DNA of 64,000 nucleotides from the NCBI GenBank assembly GCA_030447905.1, contig JAUJNZ010000001.1, forward strand, positions 305,466 to 369,465. Reading direction: 5' to 3'. This document shows, in pieces, positions 1 to 10,424 of the stretch (the stretch's first letter is position 1; the number at the start of each line of letters is the position of its first letter). The notes under the pieces are model-generated. The model did not search any database. It was not told the DNA's origin and saw only the letters and a list, made by a program, of their open reading frames with translations. The stretch comes from Thermoleophilaceae bacterium. Lineage in GTDB: Bacteria; Actinomycetota; Thermoleophilia; Solirubrobacterales; Thermoleophilaceae. The position numbers and the translations under genes were made by a program.

Positions 1-954
1 GTCGTCGTCGACATCCTGACCGTGGCCGCGACCCTCGCCGCCGAGCTCGAGGAGCGGCCCTGGGTGTCGCTCGTACCGCACCTGCTCCCCACTCCACAGC
101 CCGGTCTGCCGCCTTACTCGACGGGAGCTAAGCCGCCGCGCACCGGACTCGGGCGAACGCTGTGGCGAGCGGTCGACCCGCTCACGCGGGCGGCGCTGCG
201 CCGCGGCCGCGACGAGCTGAACGGCGCACGCGTACGGGTGGGGCTCCCGCCGCTCGCCCACCTGCACGGCGGCCTCTCGCGCCGGCTCACGCTCGTCGCC
301 ACCTTCCCCCAACTCGAGGCCGCGCGCACGGTGCCGAGCTGGGCCACCGTCACCGGGCCGCTGATCTGGGAGCGACCGGCCGAGGAGGACGCCACTTGGG
401 CCCCGCCCGGCGACGAGCCGCTCGTCCTCGTCGCCCCCAGCACGTCTCAGGACCCCTCGCACCGGCTGCTGCGAGCGACGCTCGCGGGGCTTGCGGGCGA
501 GCCGGTGCGGGTGCTCGCAGCCACCAACGGACGGGCCCTGCCCGCCGGGGTCCGGGTTCCGCCCAACGCGCGCATCGTCGACTGGCCCTCCTACTCGCGC
601 ACGATGCCCCACTGCGCCGCCGTCGTCTGCCACGCCGGGCACGGGACGGTCGCCCAAGCGCTCGCGGCGGGCGCGCCGGTGATCTGCTCGCCTGCGGGGG
701 GCGACATGGGCGAGAACGCGGCGCGCGTGGCGTGGGCGGGAGCGGGCCTGTCGGTGCCCTGGCGGCTCGCCGGCCCGCAGGCGGTGCGACTCGCGGTGCG
801 CAGGCTCCTCACCCAGCCGAGTTTCACGCGGCGTGCCGGGGAAATCGCCGGCTCGGTCCGATCGGGACCCGGGACAGCGGCGGAGGCGCTCGAGGCCGTC
901 GCCGGCCGCGGTTCCCTGACAGCTCCCCGGGTAGGACTCGAACCTACAACCTAG
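1..954 (+). CDS. Glycosyltransferase, GT1 / MGT-like family (C-terminal part; 5' end lies outside the window)
   Basis: The frame is open back to nt 1. It carries the GT-B nucleotide-sugar binding signature VVCHAGHGTVAQALAAGAPVICSPAGGDMGENAARV. The last ~10 codons have low GC3 and run antisense into tRNA-Asn. Confidence 0.7.
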   Translation, partial: VVVDILTVAATLAAELEERPWVSLVPHLLPTPQPGLPPYSTGAKPPRTGLGRTLWRAVDPLTRAALRRGRDELNGARVRVGLPPLAHLHGGLSRRLTLVATFPQLEAARTVPSWATVTGPLIWERPAEEDATWAPPGDEPLVLVAPSTSQDPSHRLLRATLAGLAGEPVRVLAATNGRALPAGVRVPPNARIVDWPSYSRTMPHCAAVVCHAGHGTVAQALAAGAPVICSPAGGDMGENAARVAWAGAGLSVPWRLAGPQAVRLAVRRLLTQPSFTRRAGEIAGSVRSGPGTAAEALEAVAGRGSLTAPRVGLEPTT

Positions 955-995
955 CGGTTAACAGCCGCTCGCTCTGCCGATTGAGCTACCGGGGA
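923..995 (-). tRNA. tRNA-Asn (anticodon GTT)
   Basis: The reverse complement folds as a 73-nt cloverleaf. Acceptor TCCCCGG/CCGGGGA; D arm GCTC..GAGC; anticodon stem AGCGG/CCGCT with loop CTGTTAA; T arm GTAGG-TTCGAGT-CCTAC; discriminator G. CCA is not encoded. Confidence 0.9.
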
Positions 996-1055
996 AAGTA
1001 GCTCGGACGCCCGCCGCATCCGCGCGCGCGAAGGGTAGCGGACCCTCGGATCCGG

Positions 1056-2843
1056 TCAGCGGGCCTCGCCCATCAGCTCGGCGACCTGCGCGCGCGTTCG
1101 CTCTCGCTCCTCCAGCAGGAGCCTCTGGCGCTCGAACTCTCGTTCCTGGGCGGCGGATCGGAGCTGTCGATCGACCCGGCGGAGCTCGAGCTGGAGAAAG
1201 CTCAGTTGCAGGACGGGCTCAGACGAGGGCTCTGACTCGGCGAGCATGGCCACCTCGGTGATGAGGGCCGCCTCGTCGGGGTCCTCGGGCAAGGCGGCGA
1301 GCGGATCGTCGAGATGGTCCACGAGGTGGGCGCGTACCGGTCGCAGACGCTCGGAGAGGTCATCCTCCCCCACACGTTCGAGGAGCTCGCGCCCGAGGCG
1401 CGGCTGCCCGACGCACATGGCCAGGAAGGCCCGCTCGGCCCGCTCGACGGGACTGGGCGACGGTCGCGGTAGGCGGGCCTCCGCGGCAGCGCCTCGGTCC
1501 CGGCCGCCGACCGGTTCGGTCGAGGGCCCACCGCGCGATACCTCGCTGGCGGTCCCCGGCGTCACGTAAGAGGCCGGCACCTCGAGCCGATCGGTGACCA
1601 GGCGCACGAGCTCGTCGCGCACCACGCTGCGCTGCGGCGTCGCCGCTACGAGCGGACGCAGACGCTCGAGCGCACGGTCGCGCCCGTGGGCCGTCCCCAG
1701 ATCGGCGGCGTCGAGCACCCGGCGGGCCTCGAACTCCGGGACCGACAGCGCCCCCTCGAGCAGGCGCTCGAACGCCGGCGCGCCGTCGGCCGCGACGAGC
1801 TCGGCCGGATCGCTTCCCTCCGGCAAGGCGACCACCCGCAGCTCCATTCCCCGCTCGGTCGCCGCCCTCGCCGCCCGCAGCATCGCCTCCTGGCCCGAGG
1901 CGTCGGCGTCGAGGGCCATGAGCACGGTGGTCGCCGCGCGGCCGAGCTCGACGAGCTGCTCGGGGGTGAGCGCGGTTCCCATGATCGCCACCGACTCGTC
2001 GAGTCCGGCGCCGTGGAGGGCCAGCACGTCGGTGTAGCCCTCGACCACGATCACCCGCCCCGCCCGCGCCGCCGGCGCACGAGCGCGGTCGATCCCGAAC
2101 AGGTGGCGGCCCTTGCGGTAGAGCTCGTTCTCGGAGCTGTTGAGGTACTTGGGCTTCTGGGAGTCGCGCACCGCGCGGGCTCCGAACCCGAGCACCCGCC
2201 CGCGGGCGTCGGCGAGCGGAAAGGTGATCCGCGCCCGGAAGCGGTCGAAGTAGCCCCCCCGGCGGCCGGTCTGGGCGACCCCGGCGGCGACCATCTCCTC
2301 CGGGGCATACCCGTCGCGCTGGCCGGCGAGGAGCACACGGTTCCAGGCGCTCGGAGCGTAGCCGACCCGAAAGGCGCGCAGGACCTGCTCGTCGAGGCCG
2401 CGCGCGGCGAGGTGGTCGCGGGCGGCGCGGGCCTCGGCCGAGTCCCACAGGTAGCGCGCGTAGAAGGTCGCCGTGCGGTCGAGCAGCCGCATCAGCCGGT
2501 CGCGGCGGCGGCGGTCCTCCTCGGCCCGCGGATCCTCCTCCTCGCGCTCGAGCTCGACTCCGTAGCGGTCGGCGAGATGCTCGATCGCCTCGGCGAAGGC
2601 AAGCCCCTCGGTCTCGCGCACGAAGGAGATGGCGTCGCCCGAGGCCCCGCAGCCGAAGCAGTAGTAGAGGCCGTGCTCGGCGTTGACCGAGAACGAGGGG
2701 GTGCGCTCGTCGTGGAAGGGACAGAGGCCTACGTGGCGCGTACCGACGCGGCGCAGGTGGATGCGCGCGCCGACGAGCTCGACCATGTCGATCGCGTCCT
2801 TGACGTGCTCGACCGACCCGCGCGTGAAGATGGCCATGGACAC
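1056..2843 (-). CDS. dnaG: DNA primase
   Basis: Zinc-finger CPFHDERTPSFSVNAEHGLYYCFGCGASGD. TOPRIM region VVEGYTDVLAL ... LDADASGQEA. Lies next to dgt as in actinobacteria. Confidence 0.95.
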   Translation of the reverse strand: MSMAIFTRGSVEHVKDAIDMVELVGARIHLRRVGTRHVGLCPFHDERTPSFSVNAEHGLYYCFGCGASGDAISFVRETEGLAFAEAIEHLADRYGVELEREEEDPRAEEDRRRRDRLMRLLDRTATFYARYLWDSAEARAARDHLAARGLDEQVLRAFRVGYAPSAWNRVLLAGQRDGYAPEEMVAAGVAQTGRRGGYFDRFRARITFPLADARGRVLGFGARAVRDSQKPKYLNSSENELYRKGRHLFGIDRARAPAARAGRVIVVEGYTDVLALHGAGLDESVAIMGTALTPEQLVELGRAATTVLMALDADASGQEAMLRAARAATERGMELRVVALPEGSDPAELVAADGAPAFERLLEGALSVPEFEARRVLDAADLGTAHGRDRALERLRPLVAATPQRSVVRDELVRLVTDRLEVPASYVTPGTASEVSRGGPSTEPVGGRDRGAAAEARLPRPSPSPVERAERAFLAMCVGQPRLGRELLERVGEDDLSERLRPVRAHLVDHLDDPLAALPEDPDEAALITEVAMLAESEPSSEPVLQLSFLQLELRRVDRQLRSAAQEREFERQRLLLEERERTRAQVAELMGEAR

Positions 2844-2846
2844 CGC

Positions 2847-3854
2847 CTAGGGGTCTTCGGCCGGCGCGAGCTCCGCGTACGCCCGCTCGGCGTAGCGGTC
2901 GGTCATCCCGGCGATCCAATCGGTCACTCGCTCGGCTTCGGACGCCCCCGCGGCGAGCGGTGGAGGCGGGCGCTCGGCGCAGGCCTCGACTAGCGCCGAC
3001 ACCACTCGCTCGATTCGCTCGTGCTCTGCCTGCACCGCTGCTCCGAGGTAAACCCGCTCGAACATGAACTCCCGCAGGCGCCCCATGGCCGCCCCGACCT
3101 CCTCGCCCTGGGCGATCGCCCCCGCCTGCGCCGAGTGCTCGACGAGGTCGCGCACGAGCGTGTCGATCCGGGCCGAGCCGGACTCCCCGAGCACGGCGAT
3201 CTCCGCCCGGGGGAGCTCGCTGCGGTGGAGAACCCCGGCGCGCACGGCGTCGTCTATGTCGTGGTTGATGTAGGCGATCCGGTCGACGAGCCGGACTATC
3301 TGGCCCTCGAGCGTCGCGGGCGCCTCGGTTCCCGTGTGACGCAGGATGCCGTCGCGCACGGGCTCGGTGAGGTTGAGTCCCCGACCGTCGCGCTCGATGC
3401 GCTCCACCACCCGCAGCGAGTGCTCGTGGTGGCGGAACCCGGCTCCGTAGCGCTCGCGCACCCGCCGGTCGAGCGCGGCCTCGCCGATGTGGCCGAACGG
3501 CGGGTGCCCGAGGTCGTGCCCGAGGCCGATCGCCTCGGTCAGGTCCTCGTTCAGCGCCAGCGCGCGCGCCACCGTGCGGGCGATCCCGCACGTCTCGAGC
3601 GTATGGGTCAGGCGGGTGCGGTAGTGGTCGCCCTCGGGCGAGATGAACACCTGGGTCTTGTGCTTGAGGCGGCGAAACGCCTTCGAGTGGACGATCCGGT
3701 CGCGGTCGCGTGCGAAGGGGGTGCGCACCGGCGAGTCCTCTTCCGCGATCGCGCGGCGGGCCGGGTAGGAGCGCGTGGCGTACGGCGAGAGGAAGGCGTC
3801 CTCGAGGGCCGCGATGCGGTCGCGCAGCGGGACGGGCGGAGCGGCGGTGACCAT
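2847..3854 (-). CDS. dgt: dGTPase-like HD-domain triphosphohydrolase
   Basis: FARDRDRIVHSKAFRRLKHKTQVF and the HD motif GLGHDLGHPPFGH. Stop is 3 nt before the dnaG start. Confidence 0.85.
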   Translation of the reverse strand: MVTAAPPVPLRDRIAALEDAFLSPYATRSYPARRAIAEEDSPVRTPFARDRDRIVHSKAFRRLKHKTQVFISPEGDHYRTRLTHTLETCGIARTVARALALNEDLTEAIGLGHDLGHPPFGHIGEAALDRRVRERYGAGFRHHEHSLRVVERIERDGRGLNLTEPVRDGILRHTGTEAPATLEGQIVRLVDRIAYINHDIDDAVRAGVLHRSELPRAEIAVLGESGSARIDTLVRDLVEHSAQAGAIAQGEEVGAAMGRLREFMFERVYLGAAVQAEHERIERVVSALVEACAERPPPPLAAGASEAERVTDWIAGMTDRYAERAYAELAPAEDP

Positions 3855-3925
3855 GCCCTCATTATCCCAGGCGCAACGGCGGCGCCCCGCCCGCGCGAGC
3901 AGATCGGACCCGGCTGCCCAACGCG

Positions 3926-4642
3926 CTAGGCGACGCGGCGAAGGCGCACGTGAGCGTGGTGCTCGAGCGTCTCGGCGATGGCGCGATCGGCCTGGCGCAG
4001 AGCGGGCTCGAGCGCCTCGGGAGCCTCGGCGAGAGGGCGGCCCAGCGCGGCGGTGAGAAAGTCGTGGGCCTCCTTGCCGAACGGGAAGGAGCTCGCCTCA
4101 CAGCCCGCGCAGACTACGCCGCCCGCGCTCGCCGAGAAGCCCGTGAGGTCCTCGGGGTCGCCACAGGCCGCGCACGCGGCGAGCTCGGGGAGGAAGCCCG
4201 CGGCAAGGGCGAGCTTGAGCCGGAAGGCCAGGCTGTGCGCGCGGGTCGCCGCGGCGGGCTCTGAGTCGAGCAGCGCCAGCTCGCGGCAGAGCAGGTGGAA
4301 GGCGGGGCGGTTCGGCTCGGCGGCGTCGAAGAGGCGCAGGACGGCGTCGCAGGCCTCCGCCGCGCGCTCGAGAGCGTCGCGGCGCTCGCGCAGAGCGGGA
4401 TGGGCGTGGACGGTCTCGGCGGCGGTGACCGTGCACAGCTCGCCGCGGCCCTCGTGGAGGACGAGCCGGGTCCGAAAGAAGGGCTCGAGCCGCCCGCCGA
4501 AGCGCGAGCGGGGACGGCGCACCCCCTTGGCCACCGCGCCGAGGCGACCGCGCTCGGCGGTGTAGAGGTGAAGCACCCGGTCGGCTTCGCCGAAGCGGAT
4601 CGAGCGCAGCACGACGGCTTCGGTCTTGAACGGTCCGGGCAT
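3926..4642 (-). CDS. recO: DNA repair protein RecO
   Basis: Internal ATG at 4642 of track ORF 3926..5014. N-terminus MPGPFKTEAVVLRSIRFGEADRVLHLYT. C-terminal CxxC...CxxC (CAACGD...CAGCE). The upstream 124 codons are a shadow extension. Confidence 0.85.
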   Translation of the reverse strand: MPGPFKTEAVVLRSIRFGEADRVLHLYTAERGRLGAVAKGVRRPRSRFGGRLEPFFRTRLVLHEGRGELCTVTAAETVHAHPALRERRDALERAAEACDAVLRLFDAAEPNRPAFHLLCRELALLDSEPAAATRAHSLAFRLKLALAAGFLPELAACAACGDPEDLTGFSASAGGVVCAGCEASSFPFGKEAHDFLTAALGRPLAEAPEALEPALRQADRAIAETLEHHAHVRLRRVA

Positions 4643-4699
4643 GGCCGAAGGAGGCTGCCAGGCGTCGCGGACGCCGCCGCCGCGGCTAGTCTCTGGGGC

Positions 4700-4954
4700 G
4701 TGGCAGGGGTCACGGTCTACACCACCGAGCCGTGCGGCTTCTGCTCGCAGGCCAAGGCGCTGCTGACCGCCCGGGGGGTCGACTTTGAGGAGGTCAACCT
4801 GGCCAAGGACGCCGACGGGCGCGCCGAGCTCGTCGCGACGACCGGGCAGATGACCTTCCCCCAGATCCTCGTCAGCGGGCGCTCGATCGGCGGCTTCCGA
4901 GAGCTGCTCGAGGCCGACCGCGACGGGCGCCTGCCGCGGCTGCTGGCGGCCTAG
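4700..4954 (+). CDS. Glutaredoxin-family protein (CGFC active site)
   Basis: GTG at 4700 within track ORF 4295..4954. VTVYTTEPCGFCSQAKALL ... TFPQILVSGRSIGGFRELL is a typical Grx fold signature. Confidence 0.75.
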   Translation: MAGVTVYTTEPCGFCSQAKALLTARGVDFEEVNLAKDADGRAELVATTGQMTFPQILVSGRSIGGFRELLEADRDGRLPRLLAA

Positions 4955-5865
4955 AAGACCGCCGCGGCGCGGGCCGGGCGACCTCGCCGCGGGGGCCGCG
5001 GGCGCGTCTGGCACCCCTCACACACGTAGGTCCCCCGCTGAGCCACCCGCAGCTTGACGATCTCGCGCCCGCAGTCGGGGCACGGCTCGCCGGCGCGGCG
5101 GTGGACGAGGAAGCGGTCCTGGAAGGAGCCGCGCGCCCCGTCGGGCTGGCGAAAGTCGTCGATCGTCGCCCCGCGCGCGTCGATGCCGGCCTCGAGCGAC
5201 GCGACGACCGCGTCGCGCAACGCGGCGAGCTGGCTGCGCCGCAGCGACCCCACCGGGCGCAACGGGTGGATACCGGCGCGAAAGAGCGCCTCGTCGGCAT
5301 AGATGTTCCCCACCCCCGCGATCCGCTCCTGGCTCAGCAGGAAGGCCTTGACCGGCGCGCGGCGGCCCGCCGCCAGCGCGTGCAGCGCGTCGGCGGTGAA
5401 GTCGGGATCGAGCGGCTCGACGCCGAGGCGGGCAGCGAAGTAGGCGTCCCGAGCCTCTGCTCCGCGCAGGAGGACGCCGGTGCCGAACCGGCGGGGGTCG
5501 GTGAAGGCCACGCGGTCTCCGGTGCCGAGCTCGAAGCGGACGCGCAGATGGGGCGCCTGGGTCGCCTCGCCGGGCGCGACGAGCAGGAGGTTGCCGGTCA
5601 TGCGCAGGTGGAGCACCAGGTAGACCGGTCCGGGGGCGACCGCGCCGGCGAGCTGAGCCGCGGGCGGACCGAGCTTCCAGACCAGGTACTTGCCGCGCCG
5701 GGCCAGCCGCTCGACCGGTCGTTCGGCGACCGCCGCCTCGAGCTCGGCGGGCGGGGCCGGCGCACAGAAGCGCGGATCCATGATCTCGAGGCGCTCGAGA
5801 ACGGCGCCCTCGACCCGGGAGGCTAGGGCGCGCCGGATGGTCTCGACCTCGGGGAGCTCGGGCAT
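4951..5865 (-). CDS. mutM: Formamidopyrimidine-DNA glycosylase
   Basis: N-terminal MPELPEVE (catalytic Pro2/Glu3). C-terminal zinc finger CPDCGREI...CEGCQ. Confidence 0.93.
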   Translation of the reverse strand: MPELPEVETIRRALASRVEGAVLERLEIMDPRFCAPAPPAELEAAVAERPVERLARRGKYLVWKLGPPAAQLAGAVAPGPVYLVLHLRMTGNLLLVAPGEATQAPHLRVRFELGTGDRVAFTDPRRFGTGVLLRGAEARDAYFAARLGVEPLDPDFTADALHALAAGRRAPVKAFLLSQERIAGVGNIYADEALFRAGIHPLRPVGSLRRSQLAALRDAVVASLEAGIDARGATIDDFRQPDGARGSFQDRFLVHRRAGEPCPDCGREIVKLRVAQRGTYVCEGCQTRPRPPRRGRPARAAAVF

Positions 5866-5895
5866 GGAACCCGAGGCTAATGGCTCGTCTGCAGC

Positions 5896-6834
5896 TCACT
5901 CCACGGCCCGCGGATGGGCGCTGAAGTAGACCTCCTTGAGGCGGTCGGTGGAGAGGTGGGTGTAGATCTGAGTGGTCGAGACGTCGGCGTGGCCCAGCAT
6001 CTCCTGGAGCGAGCGCAGGTCGCAGCCGCCGGCCAGGAGGTGGGTGGCGAAGGTGTGGCGCAGGGTGTGGGGGCTCATGCGGCCGGCCAGCCCGGCGCTC
6101 CGGGCGTGACGCTCCACGATCCCGTGCAGGCCCTGGCGCGTGAGGGGTCCACCGCGCGCGTTCACGAAGATGCGTACCTCGAGGCGCGTGCCGACGAGCT
6201 TGGGCCGTCCTCGCTCGAGATAGGCCCGCAGCGCCGACCGCGCCGCCCGGCCGACCGGCACGATCCGCTCCTTCGACCCCTTGCCGCGCCCGCGCAGTAT
6301 CCCCGCTTCGAGATCGAGGTCCCGCAGCTCGAGACCGGTTACCTCCGAGGCGCGCAGACCGCAGGCGTACATCGTCTCGAGCAGCGCGCGGTCGCGCAGC
6401 GCGAGCGGCTCGGTGCCCTTCGGTTGGGTCAGCAGGGAGCGGACCTCGTCGCGGCTGATGACGTCGGGCAGGCGCGCGGGGCGGCGCGGGGTGGCGATCC
6501 CCGTCGTGGGGTCTGACTGGCGCACCCCCTCGCGACGCAGGTGGCGATAGAAGGAGCGCAGGCAGGCGGATCGGCGGCGCAGCGTCGCGGCCGAGGCCGC
6601 GCGGCCGCCGTCGCCCGAGGCCAGGTGGGCGAGGTAGTCGGCGAGATCGCGTTGGGAGGCGGACTCAGGGTCTGAGCCGCGCTCGGCGAGGTGGCGGCCG
6701 AAGTGGAGGAGGTCGGAGCGGTAGGCGGTCAGCGTGTTGCGAGCGAGACCGCGCTCGAGCTCGAGGTGGGCGAGGAAGTCGAGCACGAGCTCCTCGAAGC
6801 GGCGCGTGGTCGGCGTGGAGGCCGGCGGGGCCAT
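5896..6834 (-). CDS. xerD: Site-specific tyrosine recombinase XerD
   Basis: Catalytic region SPHTLRHTFATHLL ... LGHADVSTTQIYTH. Sits in the conserved nudix-pyrG-recN neighbourhood, as xerD does in mycobacteria. Confidence 0.85.
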   Translation of the reverse strand: MAPPASTPTTRRFEELVLDFLAHLELERGLARNTLTAYRSDLLHFGRHLAERGSDPESASQRDLADYLAHLASGDGGRAASAATLRRRSACLRSFYRHLRREGVRQSDPTTGIATPRRPARLPDVISRDEVRSLLTQPKGTEPLALRDRALLETMYACGLRASEVTGLELRDLDLEAGILRGRGKGSKERIVPVGRAARSALRAYLERGRPKLVGTRLEVRIFVNARGGPLTRQGLHGIVERHARSAGLAGRMSPHTLRHTFATHLLAGGCDLRSLQEMLGHADVSTTQIYTHLSTDRLKEVYFSAHPRAVE

Positions 6835-6876
6835 TCCTGACCCTTCGCCGCCCGGCCGAGGCGACCTCCCGGCCGA

Positions 6877-7404
6877 TCAGCTTCCGCGCAGGTAGGCGCG
6901 AAACCAGAGCAGCCCGACGAGGGTCTTCGCGTCGCGGTTGTTCGCGATCGTCGCGTCGAGCTCTGCGAGCGGGATCTCGCGGATGTCGATCCGCTCCTCC
7001 TCGTCGGACTCGGCGGAGGCGGCGGAGAGCTCGGTGGCCAGGTAGATCCACACCTCCTCGTCGGTGAAACCGGCCGACGAGTAGAACGTGGTCAGGTGAC
7101 GCCAGCTCTCGGCGCGCTTGCCTATCTCCTCGGCGAGCTCGCGCTGGGCGGTTTCGAGGGGGTCCTCGCCCTCTTCGTCGAGCTTTCCGGCCGGGAGCTC
7201 GAGGAGCTCGTCCTCCCCCACCGCCTCGCGCGGCTGGGCGACCAGCCAGAAGCGCTCCTCGTCGTGGGCGAGGACCGCGACCGCCCCCGGGTGGACGACC
7301 CGCTCGCGGGTGACCTCCTCGCTGTCGTCGTGGCGAAACCGGTCGACGCGGACGGTGAAGATCTTGCCCGCATAGACCTCTTCCCCGCCGGTGTGCTCAA
7401 ACAT
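6877..7404 (-). CDS. NUDIX hydrolase (ADP-ribose pyrophosphatase-like)
   Basis: Nudix box GKLDEEGEDPLETAQRELAEEIG. Confidence 0.85.
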   Translation of the reverse strand: MFEHTGGEEVYAGKIFTVRVDRFRHDDSEEVTRERVVHPGAVAVLAHDEERFWLVAQPREAVGEDELLELPAGKLDEEGEDPLETAQRELAEEIGKRAESWRHLTTFYSSAGFTDEEVWIYLATELSAASAESDEEERIDIREIPLAELDATIANNRDAKTLVGLLWFRAYLRGS

Positions 7405-7434
7405 CTACGGCCTCCTCCTCGTCGTGGAGTCGCA

Positions 7435-8574
7435 TCATCCACTCCGCCCGACGATCCCGAGCGCCACGTCGAGCGCGGTCTCCAGGGAGGCCACGCTTAC
7501 CCGCTCGTCGGGGCGGTGGTTGTGCTCGGTGCCGTCGGCGACGTTCAGGCACGGAAGCCCGGCGGCGTTGAGGACGTTGGCGTCCGAGCCCGCGGCCGTC
7601 GCCCGCAGGCGCGGCTCGAGGCCGAGCTCGGCGAGCGCCGCGGACGCGACCTGGACAGGCTCGGCGCTGCGGGCCAGGCGATAGCCGCGAAAGCCCTCCT
7701 CGACCTCGGTCTCGACGTCGCATTCGGCGACGCCCGCGGCGTCGGTGAGGACGTCGACGATCTCGGTCACGGTCGCGTGCGCGCGCCCGCGGTCGAGGCT
7801 GCGGACCTCGAGCTCGACCCGGCAGCGCTCGGGGACGACGTTGGCGGCGCTGCCGCCCTCGATGCGACCGACGTTGGCGGTGGTCTCCTCGTCGAGGCGT
7901 CCGAGGCGCAGGCGGGCGATCGCCCCGGCGGCGGCGACGACGGCGCTGCGACCCGCCTCGGGCGCCAGGCCCGCGTGGGCGGCCTGGCCCCGGAAGGTCG
8001 CTTCGATCCGGTAGTAGGTGGGGGCGGCGGCGATCAGCTCCCCGACCGGCGAGGCGTGGTCGAACACGAAGCCGTAGTCGGCCCGCAGGAGGGAGCGGTC
8101 GAAGGCCTTGGCGCCGGCGAGCGCGCGCTCCTCGCAGGTGGTGAACAGCAGCTCGACGTCCGCCCGTGCGGGCTCGCGCGCGAGCCGTCGCGCAACTCCG
8201 AGCAGCACGGCGACCGCGACCTTGTTGTCGGCACCGAGGATGGCCTCGTGGCGGTTGGCGAGAAAGCCCTCCTCGCGGACGACCTCGATCGGGCCGGCGA
8301 GCGGCACGGTGTCCATGTGAGCGCAGAGCAGGACCGTGCGCTCGCCGTCGGTGCCCGCGACGCGCGCGAGCAGGTTTCCCGCGTCGGCGCGGGTCTCGGA
8401 GGAGCTACCGTCCTCGCTGACCTCGAGGCCGACGGCCTGCAGCTCCCGCGTCACCGCGTCGGCCACCCCGCGCTCGCGGCGCGACGGGCTCTCGATCTCG
8501 CATAGGCGGATGAAGTCGTCGAGCAGGCGCTGGCGCTCCTGCGGGTGAGCGCGGAAGGCGGCTTCGGTCGGCAC
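7435..8574 (-). CDS. M20/M25/M40 family metallopeptidase (PepT-like)
   Basis: GTG at 8574 inside track ORF 7435..8889. Motifs LLCAHMDTVP, GADNKVAVA, TTCEERALAG, GRIEGGSAANVVP. Confidence 0.75.
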   Translation of the reverse strand: MPTEAAFRAHPQERQRLLDDFIRLCEIESPSRRERGVADAVTRELQAVGLEVSEDGSSSETRADAGNLLARVAGTDGERTVLLCAHMDTVPLAGPIEVVREEGFLANRHEAILGADNKVAVAVLLGVARRLAREPARADVELLFTTCEERALAGAKAFDRSLLRADYGFVFDHASPVGELIAAAPTYYRIEATFRGQAAHAGLAPEAGRSAVVAAAGAIARLRLGRLDEETTANVGRIEGGSAANVVPERCRVELEVRSLDRGRAHATVTEIVDVLTDAAGVAECDVETEVEEGFRGYRLARSAEPVQVASAALAELGLEPRLRATAAGSDANVLNAAGLPCLNVADGTEHNHRPDERVSVASLETALDVALGIVGRSG

Positions 8575-8681
8575 CGCCGGGACGCTAGAGGACGCACCGT
8601 CGATAGGCTCTCCCGCCCGTAGGTGGTGTGCCGGCCTCGCGGCGAGCGCCCCGCACCCACCGGGGCGAGGTCGCTCGGGCG

Positions 8682-10340
<1,659 letters not shown>

Positions 10341-10424
10341 GGAATCTCCGGGCGAGTCTAGTCGGGCCAGCACGGGCGATGGCGACCAAGCCAACCTACC
10401 GGTGAAGTCGGACGCAAGCCACGC

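Noticed and set aside
1360-3591. 743-aa ORF spanning dnaG and dgt on the minus strand
   Set aside because: Extreme Arg/Ala/Gly/Pro composition with no motifs. It is out of frame with two well-supported conserved genes. This is a typical shadow ORF of a high-GC genome.
5896-6834. Tyrosine recombinase as a marker of a mobile element or prophage
   Set aside because: It sits in the conserved xerD-nudix-pyrG-recN housekeeping synteny with no att repeats, phage genes or compositional break. I interpret it as chromosomal XerD.
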